From Eledone cirrhosa (lineage: Eukaryota): a stretch of DNA of 64,000 bases. Below are positions 29,701 through 41,700 of the stretch, piece by piece. The position numbers and the translations under genes were made by a program. The stretch is taken from positions 131,564,001 to 131,628,000 of the forward strand of contig OZ024743.1 in the NCBI GenBank assembly GCA_964016885.1, in the 5' to 3' direction. The notes under the pieces are model-generated. The model had not been told where the DNA came from. It saw nothing but the letters and a program-made list of their open reading frames with translations, and did no database searches. Position 1 is the stretch's first letter. Each line of letters begins with the position of its first letter.

Positions 29701-32700
29701 CACCGAGCACCAAACACCAAGAACCAAGCACCAAGCACTAAACACCAAACACCAAGCACCAAGCACCAAACACCATACACCAAGCACCAAACACCAAACA
29801 GCAAACGCCAAAAAGCAAACGCCAAACCCCATATGCCAAACAGCAAATGCCAAACTCCAAACGCCAAACAGCAAACGCCAGGCACCAAACACCAAACACC
29901 AAGCGCCAAGCACCAAACACCAAACACCAAGCACCAAGCACCAAACACCAAACACCAAGCACCAATCACCAAACACCAAGCACCAAGCGCCAAGCACCAA
30001 ACACCAAACACCTAGCACCAAGCACCAAGCACCAAACACCAAGCACCAAACACCAATCACCAAGCCCCAAGCACCAAACACCAAGCACCAAGCACCAAAC
30101 ACCAAACACCAAGCACCAAGCACCAAGGACCAAGCACCAAACACCAAGCACCAAGCACCGAGCACCAAACACCAAGAACCAAGCACCAAGCACTAAACAC
30201 CAAACACCAAGCACCAAGCACCAAACACCAAACACCAAGCACCAAGTACAAAACTCCAAACACCAAACACCAAGCACCAAGCACCAAATCCCAAGCACCA
30301 AACACCAAGCACCAATCACCAAACACCAAACACCAAGCACCAAGCACCAAACTCCAAAACCAAGCACCAAGCACCAAGCACCAAACACCAAACGCCAAAC
30401 ACCAAACACCAAGTACCAAGCACCAAACACCAAGCACCAAGCGCCAAAGACCAAACACCAAGCACCAAGCACAAAACACCAAGCACCAAGCACCGAGCAC
30501 CAAACACCAAGTACCAAGCACCAATCACCAAACACCAAGCACCAAGCACCAAACACCAAACACCAAGCACCAAGCACCAAGCATCAAGCACCAAGCACCA
30601 AACACCAACCACCAAGCACCAAACACCAAACACAAAACAACAAGTACCAAGCACCAAACACCAAACACCAAACACCAAACACCAAGCACCAAGCACAAGA
30701 CACCAAGCACCAAGCACCAAGCACCAAGCACCAAAAACCAAGCACCAAGCTCCAAGCACCAAACACCAAGCACCAAACACCAAACACCAAGCACCAAGCA
30801 CCAAACACCAAGCACCAAGCGCCAAACACCAAACACCAAGCACCAAGCACCAAACACCAAGCACCAACCACCAAGCACCAAACACCAAGCACCAAGCACC
30901 AAGCACCAAGCACCAAGCACCAAACACCAAGCACCAAGCACCAAACAGCAAACACCAAGCACCAAACACCAAACACCAAGCACCAAGCAACAAACACCAA
31001 ACACCAAGCACCAAACACCAAGCACCAAGCCCCAAGCACGAAACACCAAGCACCAAGCACGAAACACCAAGCACCAAGCACCAAGCACCATGCACCAAAC
31101 ACCAAGCACCAAGCACCAAACAGCAAACACCAAACAGCAAACACCAAACAGCAAACACCAAACAGCAAACACCAAACATCAAACACCAAACAGCAAACGC
31201 CAAAAAGCAAACGCCAAACTCCAAACGCCAAACAGCAAATGCCAAACCCAAACGCCAAACAGCAAACGCCAAGCACAAAACACCAAACACCAAGCGCCAA
31301 GCACCAAACACCAAACACCAAGCACCAAGCACCAAACACCAAACACCAAGCACCAAGTACCAAACACCAAACACCAAGCACCAAACACCAAACAGCAAAC
31401 GCAAAAAAGCAAACGCCAAACCCCATACGCCAAACAGCAAATGCCAAACCCCAAATGCCAAACGGCAAACGCCAAGCACCAAACACCAAACACCAAGCGC
31501 CAAGCACCAAACACCAAACACCAAGCACCAAGCACCAAACACCAAACACCAAGCACCAATCACCAAACACCAAGCACCAAGCACCAAGCACCAAACACCA
31601 ATCACCAAGCCCCAAGCACCAAACACCAAGCACCCAGCACCAAACACCAAACACCAAGCACCAAGCACCCAGAACAAAGCACCAAGCACCAAACACCAAA
31701 CACCAAGCTCCAAGCACCAAACACCAAACACCAAGCACCAAGCACCAAGCACCAAACACCAAACACCAAACACCAAGCACCAATCACCAAACACCAAGCA
31801 CCAAGCGCCAAGCACCAAACACCAAACACCTAGCACCAAGCACCAAGCACCAAACACCAAGCACCAAACACCAATCACCAAGCCCCAAGCACCAAACACC
31901 AAGCACCAAGCACCAAACACCAAACACCAAGCACCAAGCACCAAGGACCAAGCACCAAACACCAAGCACCAAGCACCGAGCACCAAACACCAAGAACCAA
32001 GCACCAAGCACTAAACACCAAACACCAAGCACCAAGCACCAAACACCAAACACCAAGCACCAAGTACAAAACTCCAAACACCAAACACCAAGCACCAAGC
32101 ACCAAATCCCAAGCACCAAACACCAAGCACCAATCACCAAACACCAAACACCAAGCACCAAGCACCAAACTCCAAAAACCAAGCACCAAGCACCAAGCAC
32201 CAAACACCAAACGCCATACACCAAACACCAAGTACCAAGCACCAAACACCAAGCACCAAGCGCCAAAGACCAAACACCAAGCACCAAGCACGAAACACCA
32301 AGCACCAAGCACCGAGCACCAAACACCAAGTACCAAGCACCAATCACCAAACACCAAGCACCAAGCACCAAACACCAAACACCAAGCACCAAGCACCAAG
32401 CATCAAGCACCAAGCACCAAACACCAACCACCAAGCACCAAACACCAAACACAAAACAACAAGTACCAAGCACCAAACACCAAACACCAAACACCAAACA
32501 CCAAGCACCAAGCACAAGACACCAAGCACCAAGCACCAAGCACCAAGCACCAAAAACCAAGCACCAAGCTCCAAGCACCAAACACCAAGCACCAAACACC
32601 AAACACCAAGCACCAAGCACCAAACACCAAGCACCAAGCGCCAAACACCAAACACCAAGCACCAAGCACCAAACACCAAGCACCAACCACCAAGCACCAA

Positions 32701-35700
32701 ACACCAAGCACCAAGCACCAAGCACCAAGCACCAAGCACCAAACACCAAGCACCAAGCACCAAACAGCAAACACCAAGCACCAAACACCAAACACCAAGC
32801 ACCAAGCAACAAACACCAAACACCAAGCACCAAACACCAAGCACCAAGCCCCAAGCACGAAACACCAAGCACCAAGCACGAAACACCAAGCACCAAGCAC
32901 CAAGCACCATGCACCAAACACCAAGCACCAAGCACCAAACAGCAAACACCAAACAGCAAACACCAAACAGCAAACACCAAACAGCAAACACCAAACATCA
33001 AACACCAAACAGCAAACGCCAAAAAGCAAACGCCAAACTCCAAACGCCAAACAGCAAATGCCAAACCCAAACGCCAAACAGCAAACGCCAAGCACAAAAC
33101 ACCAAACACCAAGCGCCAAGCACCAAACACCAAACACCAAGCACCAAGCACCAAACACCAAACACCAAGCACCAAGTACCAAACACCAAACACCAAGCAC
33201 CAAACACCAAACAGCAAACGCAAAAAAGCAAACGCCAAACCCCATACGCCAAACAGCAAATGCCAAACCCCAAATGCCAAACGGCAAACGCCAAGCACCA
33301 AACACCAAACACCAAGCGCCAAGCACCAAACACCAAACACCAAGCACCAAGCACCAAACACCAAACACCAAGCACCAATCACCAAACACCAAGCACCAAG
33401 CACCAAGCACCAAACACCAATCACCAAGCCCCAAGCACCAAACACCAAGCACCCAGCACCAAACACCAAACACCAAGCACCAAGCACCCAGAACAAAGCA
33501 CCAAGCACCAAACACCAAACACCAAGCTCCAAGCACCAAACACCAAACACCAAGCACCAAGCACCAAGCACCAAACACCAAACACCAAGCACCAATCACC
33601 AAACACCAAGCACCAAGCGCCAAACACCAAACACCAAACACCTAGCACCAAGCACCAAGCACCGAACACCAAGCACCAAGCACCAAGCACCAAGCACCAA
33701 GCACCAAACACCAATCACGAAGCCCCAAGCACCAAACACCAAGCACCAAGCACCAAGCACCAAACACCAAACACCAAGCACCAAGCACCAAACACCAAAC
33801 ACCAAGCACCAAGCACCAAGCACCAAGCACCAAACACCATACACCAAACAGCAAACGCCAAAAAGCAAACGCCAAACCCCATACGCCAAACAGCAAATGC
33901 CAAACCCCAAATGCCAAACAGCAAACGCCAAGCACCAAACACCAAACACCAAGCGCCAAGCACCAAACACCAAACACCAAGCACCAAGCACCAAACACCA
34001 AACACCAAGCACCAATCACCAAACACCAAGCACCAAGCGCCAAGCACCAGACACCAAGCACCAAGCACCAAACACCAAACACCAAGCACCAAGCACTAAA
34101 CACCAAACACCAAGCACCAAGCACCAAGCACCAAGCACCAAGCACCAAACACCAAGCACCAAGCACCAAGCACCAAGCACCAAGCACCAAACACCAAGCA
34201 CCAAGCACCAAACAGCAAACACCAAGCACCAAACACCAAACACCAAGCACCAAGCACCAAACACCAAACACCAAACACCAAGCACCAAGCCCCAAGCACC
34301 AAACACCAAGCACCAAGCACCAAACACCAAGCACGAAGCACCAAGCACCATGCACCAAACACCAAGCACCAAGCACCAAACAGCAAACACCAAACAGCAA
34401 ACACCAAACACCAAACACCAACCAGCAAACACCAAACACCAAACACCAAACAGCAAACACCAAACAGCAAACACCAAACACCAAACACCAAACAGCAAAT
34501 GCCAAAAAGCAAACGCCAAACCCCAAACGCCAAACAGCAAATGCCAAACCCCAAACGCCAAACAGCAAACGCCAAGCGCCAAACGCCAAACACCAAGTGC
34601 CAAGCACCAAACACCAAACACCAAGCACCAAGCACCAAGCACCAAACACCAAACAGCAAACGCCAAAAAGCAAACGCCAAACCCCATACGCCAAACAGCA
34701 AATGCCAAACCCCAAACGCCAAACAGCAAACGCCAAGCACCAAACACCAAACACCAAGCGCCAAGCACCAAACACCAAACACCAAGCACCAAGCACCAAA
34801 CACCAAACACCAAGCACCAATCACCAAACACCAAGCACCAAGCGCCAAGCACCAAACACCAAACACCTAGCACCAAGCACCAAGCACCAAACCCCAAGTA
34901 CCAAACACCAATCACCAAGCCCCAAGCACCAAACACCAAGCGCCAAGCACCAAACACCAAACACCAAGAACCAAGCACCCAGAACCAAGCACCAAGCACC
35001 AAACACCAAGCACCAAGCACCGAGCACCAAACACCAAGAACCAAGCACCAAGCTCTAAACACCAAACACCAAGCACCAAGCACCAAACACCAAACACCAA
35101 ACACCAAACACCAAACAGCAAATGCCAAAAAGCAAACGCCAAACCCCAAACGCCAAACAGTAAATGCCAAACCCCAAACGCCAAACAGCAAACGCCAAGC
35201 GCCAAACGCCAAACACCAAGCGCCAAGCACCAAACACCAAACACCAAGCACCAAGCACCAAACACCAAACACCAAGCACCAAGTACCAAACACCAAACAC
35301 CAAGCACCAAACACCAAACAGCAAACGCCAAAAAGCAAACGCCAAACCCCATACGCCAAACAACAAATGCCAAACCCCAAACGCCAAACAGCAAACGCCA
35401 AGCACCGAACACCAAACACAAAGAACCAAGCACCAAGCACTAAACACCAAACACCAAGCACCAAGCACCAAACACCAAACACCAAGCACCAAGCACCGAG
35501 CACCAAACACCAAGAACCAAGCACCAAGCACTAAACACCAAACACCAAGCACCAAGCACCAAACACCAAACACCAAGCACCAAACACCAAACAGCAAACG
35601 CCAAAAAGCAAACGCCAAACCCCATACGCCAAACAGCAAATGCCAAACTCCAAACGCCAAACAGCAAACGCCAGGCACCAAACACCAAACACCAAGCGCC

Positions 35701-38700
35701 AAGCACCAAACACCAAACACCAAGCACCAAGCACCAAACACCAAACACCAAGCACCAATCACCAAACACCAAGCACCAAGCGCCAAGCACCAAACACCAA
35801 ACACCTAGCACCAAGCACCAAGCACCAAACACCAAGCACCAAACACCAATCACCAAGCCCCAAGCACCAAACACCAAGCACCAAGCACCAAACACCAAAG
35901 ACCAAGCACCAAGCACCAAGGACCAAGCACCAAACACCAAGCACCAAGCACCGAGCACCAAACACCAAGAACCAAGCACCAAGCACTAAACACCAAACAC
36001 CAAGCGCCAAGCACCAAACACCAAACACCAAGCACCAAGTACAAAACTCCAAACACCAAACACCAAGCACCAAGCACCAAATCCCAAGCACCAAACACCA
36101 AGCACCAATCACCAAACACCAAACACCAAGCACCAAGCACCAAGCACCAAACACCAAACACCAAGCACCAATCACCAAACACCAAGCACCAAGCGCCAAA
36201 CACCAAACACCAAACACCTAGCACCAAGCACCAAGCACCGAACACCAAGCACCAAGCACCAAGCACCAAGCACCAAGCACCAAACACCAATCACCAAGCC
36301 CCAAGCACCAAACACCAAGCACCAAGCACCAAGCACCAAACACCAAACACCAAGCACCAAGCACCAAACACCAAACACCAAGCACCAAGCACCAAGCACC
36401 AAGCACCAAACACCATACACCAAACAGCAAACGCCAAAAAGCAAACGCCAAACCCCATACGCCAAACAGCAAATGCCAAACCCCAAATGCCAAACAGCAA
36501 ACGCCAAGCACCAAACACCAAACACCAAGCGCCAAGCACCAAACACCAAACACCAAGCACCAAGCACCAAACACCAAACACCAAGCACCAATCACCAAAC
36601 ACCAAGCACCAAGCGCCAAGCACCAGACACCAAGCACCAAGCACCAAACACCAAACACCAAGCACCAAGCACTAAACACCAAACACCAAGCACCAAGCAC
36701 CAAGCACCAAGCACCAAGCACCAAACACCAAGCACCAAGCACCAAGCACCAAGCACCAAGCACCAAACACCAAGCACCAAGCACCAAACAGCAAACACCA
36801 AGCACCAAACACCAAACACCAAGCACCAAGCACCAAACACCAAACACCAAACACCAAGCACCAAGCCCCAAGCACCAAACACCAAGCACCAAGCACCAAA
36901 CACCAAGCACGAAGCACCAAGCACCATGCACCAAACACCAAGCACCAAGCACCAAACAGCAAACACCAAACAGCAAACACCAAACACCAAACACCAACCA
37001 GCAAACACCAAACACCAAACACCAAACAGCAAACACCAAACAGCAAACACCAAACACCAAACACCAAACAGCAAACGCCAAAAAGCAAACGCCAAACCCC
37101 ATACGCCAAACAGCAAATGCCAAACCCCAAACGCCAAACAGCAAACGCCAAGCACCAAACACCAAACACCAAGCGCCAAGCACCAAACACCAAACACCAA
37201 GCACCAAGCACCAAACACCAAACACCAAGCACCAATCACCAAACACCAAGCACCAAGCGCCAAGCACCAAACACCAAACACCTAGCACCAAGCACCAAGC
37301 ACCAAACCCCAAGTACCAAACACCAATCACCAAGCCCCAAGCACCAAACACCAAGCGCCAAGCACCAAACACCAAACACCAAGAACCAAGCACCCAGAAC
37401 CAAGCACCAAGCACCAAACACCAAGCACCAAGCACCGAGCACCAAACACCAAGAACCAAGCACCAAGCTCTAAACACCAAACACCAAGCACCAAGCACCA
37501 AACACCAAACACCAAACACCAAACACCAAACAGCAAATGCCAAAAAGCAAACGCCAAACCCCAAACGCCAAACAGTAAATGCCAAACCCCAAACGCCAAA
37601 CAGCAAACGCCAAGCGCCAAACGCCAAACACCAAGCGCCAAGCACCAAACACCAAACACCAAGCACCAAGCACCAAACACCAAACACCAAGCACCAAGTA
37701 CCAAACACCAAACACCAAGCACCAAACACCAAACAGCAAACGCCAAAAAGCAAACGCCAAACCCCATACGCCAAACAACAAATGCCAAACCCCAAACGCC
37801 AAACAGCAAACGCCAAGCACCGAACACCAAACACCAAGAACCAAGCACCAAGCACTAAACACCAAACACCAAGCACCAAGCACCAACCACCAAACACCAA
37901 GCACCAAGCACCGAGCACCAAACACCAAGAACCAAGCACCAAGCACTAAACACCAAACACCAAGCACCAAGCACCAAACACCAAACACCAAGCACCAAAC
38001 ACCAAACAGCAAACGCCAAAAAGCAAACACCAAACCCCATACGCCAAACAGCAAATGCCAAACTCCAAACGCCAAACAGCAAACGCCAGGCACCAAACAC
38101 CAAACACCAAGCGCCAAGCACCAAACACCAAACACCAAGCACCAAGCACCAAACACCAAACACCAAGCACCAATCACCAAACACCAAGCACCAAGCGCCA
38201 AGCACCAAACACCAAACACCTAGCACCAAGCACCAAGCACCAAACACCAAGCACCAAACACCAATCACCAAGCCCCAAGCACCAAACACCAAGCACCAAG
38301 CACCAAACACCAAAGACCAAGCACCAAGCACCAAGGACCAAGCACCAAACACCAAGCACCAAGCACCGAGCACCAAACACCAAGAACCAAGCACCAAGCA
38401 CTAAACACCAAACACCAAGCACCAAGCACCAAACACCAAACACCAAGCACCAAGTACAAAACTCCAAACACCAAACACCAAGCACCAAGCACCAAATCCC
38501 AAGCACCAAACACCAAGCACCAATCACCAAACACCAAACACCAAGCACCAAGCACCAAACTCCAAAAACCAAGCACCAAACACCAAGCACCAAACACCAA
38601 GCACCAAGCGCCAAAGACCAAACACCAAGCACCAAGCACGAAACACCAAGCACCAAGCACCGAGCACCAAACACCAAGTACCAAGCACCAATCACCAAAC

Positions 38701-41700
38701 ACCAAGCACCAAGCACCAAACACCAAACACCAAGCACCAAGCACCAAGCATCAAGCACCAAGCACCAAACACCAACCACCAAGCACCAAACACCAAACAC
38801 AAAACAACAAGTACCAAGCACCAAACACCAAACACCAAACACCAAACACCAAGCACCAAGCACAAGACACCAAGCACCAAGCACCAAACACCAAGCACCA
38901 ATCACCAAACACCAAACACCAAGCACCAAGCACCAAACTCCAAAAACCAAGCACCAAACACCAAGCACCAAACACCAAGCACCAAGCGCCAAAGACCAAA
39001 CACCAAGCACCAAGCACGAAACACCAAGCACCAAGCACCGAGCACCAAACACCAAGTACCAAGCACCAAATACCAAACACCAAGCACCAAGCACCAAACA
39101 CCAAGCACCAAGCGCCAAACACCAAACACCAAGCACCAAGCACCAAACACCAAGCACCAACCACCAAGCACCAAACACCAAGCACCAAGCACCAAGCACC
39201 AAGCACCAAGCACCAAACACCAAGCACCAAGCACCAAACAGCAAACACCAAGCACCAAACACCAAACACCACGCACCAAGCAACAAACACCAAACACCAA
39301 GCACCAAACACCAAGCACCAAGCCCCAAGCACGAAACACCAAGCACCAAGCACGAAACACCAAGCACCAAGCACCAAGCACCATGCACCAAACACCAAGC
39401 ACCAAGCACCAAACAGCAAACACCAAACAGCAAACACCAAACAGCAAACACCAAACAGCAAACACCAAACAGCAAACACCAAACAGCAAACGCCAAAAAG
39501 CAAACGCCAAACTCCAAACGCCAAACAGCAAATGCCAAACCCAAACACCAAACAGCAAACGCCAAGCACAAAACACCAAACACCAAGCGCCAAGCACCAA
39601 GCACCAAATACCAAACACCAAGCACCAAGTACCAAACACCAAACACCAAGCACCAAACACCAAACAGCAAACGCAAAAAAGCAAACGCCAAACCCCATAC
39701 GCCAAACAGCAAATGCCAAACCCCAAATGCCAAACGGCAAACGCCAAGCACCAAACACCAAACACCAAGCGCCAAGCACCAAACACCAAACACCAAGCAC
39801 CAAGCACCAAACACCAAACACCAAGCACCAATCACCAAACACCAAACACCAAGCGCCAAACACCAAACACCAAACACCTATCACCAAGCACCAAGCACCA
39901 AACACCAAGCACCAAACACCAAGCACCAAGCACCAAGCACCAAGCACCAAACACCAATCACCAAGCCCCAAGCACCAAACACCAAGCACCCAGCACCAAA
40001 CACCAAACACCAAGCACCAAGCACCCAGAACAAAGCACCAAGCACCAAACACCAAACACCAAGCTCCAAGCACCAAACACCAAACACCAAGCACCAAGCA
40101 CCAAGCACCAAAGACCAAACACCAAGCACCAATCACCAAACACCAAGCACCAAGCGCCAAACACCAAACACCAAACACCTAGCACCAAGCACCAAGCACC
40201 GAACACCAAGCACCAAGCACCAAGCACCAAACACCAAGCACCAAGCACCAAACACCAAACACCAAGCACCAAGCACCAAACACCAAACACCAAGCACCAA
40301 GCACCAAGCACCAAGCACCAAACGCCATACACCAAACAGCAAACGCCAAAAAGCAAACGCCAAACCCCATACGCCAAACAGCAAATGCCAAACCCCAAAC
40401 GCCAAACAGCAAACGCCAAGCACCAAACACCAAACACCAAGCGTCAAGCACCAAACACCAAACACCAAGCACCAAGCACCAAACACCAAACACCAAGCAC
40501 CAATCACCAAACACCAAGCACCAAGCGCCAAGCACCAAACACCAAACACCTAGCACCAAGCACCAAGCACCAAACACCAAGCACCAAACACCAATCACCA
40601 AGCCCCAAGCACCAAACACCAAGCACCAAGCACCAAACACCAAACACCAAGCACCAAGCACCCAGAACCAAGCACCAAGCACCAAACACCAAGCACCAAG
40701 CACCGAGCACCAAACACCAAGAACCAAGCACCAAGCACTAAACACCAAACACCAAGCACCAAGCACCAAACACCAAACACCAAGTACCAAACTCCAAACA
40801 CCAAACACCAAGCACCAAGCACCAAATCCCAAGCACCAAACACCATGCACCAATCACCAAACACCAAACACCAAGCACCAAGCACCAAACTCCAAAAACC
40901 AAGCACCAAGCACCAAGCACCAAACACCAAACGCCAAACACCAAACACCAAGTACCAAGCACCAAACACCAAGCACCAAGCGCCAAAGACCAAACACCAA
41001 GCACCAAGCACGAAACACCAAGCACCAAGCACCGAGCACCAAACACCAAGTACCAAGCACCAATCACCAAACACCAAGCACCAAGCACCAAACACCAAAC
41101 ACCAAGCACCAAGCACCAAACACCAAACACCAAGCACCAAGCCCCAAGCACCAAACATCAAGCACCAAGCACCAAACACCAAACACCAAGCACCAAGCAC
41201 TAAACACCAAACACCAAGCACAAAGCACCAAGCACCAAGCATCAAGCACCAAACACCAAGCACCAAGCACCAAGCACCAAGCACCAAGCACCAAACACCA
41301 AGCACCAAGCACCAAACAGCAAACACCAAGCACCAAACACCAAACACCAAGCACCAAGCACCAAACACCAAACACCAAACACCAAGCACCAAGCCCCAAG
41401 CACCAAACACCAAGCACCAAGCACCAAACACCAAGCACGAAGCACCAAGCACCATGCACCAAACACCAAGCACCAAGCACCAAACAGCAAACACCAAACA
41501 GCAAACACCAAACACCAAACACCAACCAGCAAACACCAAACACCAAACACCAAACAGCAAACACCAAACAGCAAACACCAAACAGCAAACACCAAACACC
41601 AAACACCAAACAGCAAATGCCAAAAAGCAAACGCCAAACCCCAAACGCCAAACAGTAAATGCCAAACCCCAAACGCCAAACACCAAACGCCAAGCGCCAA

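Larger units (their letters stand above)
15811..37824. repeat. Near-perfect ~11-kb head-to-tail duplication (copy 1 15811-26796, 10,986 bp; copy 2 26797-37824, 11,028 bp)
   Basis: Dozens of ORFs recur at offset 10,986 (e.g. 18861/29847, 16853/27839, 22610/33596), then at 11,028 (26089/37117). The junction CACCGAA|CACCAAG CACCAAG CGCCAAA GACCAAA is at 26796/26797. 10,986 = 1570x7 - 4, matching four 6-bp units per copy. Confidence 0.93.

Noticed and set aside
15811-37824. LTRs or transposon-derived direct repeats
   Set aside because: The copies are directly adjacent and made wholly of satellite monomers. No TG...CA termini, target-site duplication, PBS/PPT or coding region was seen.
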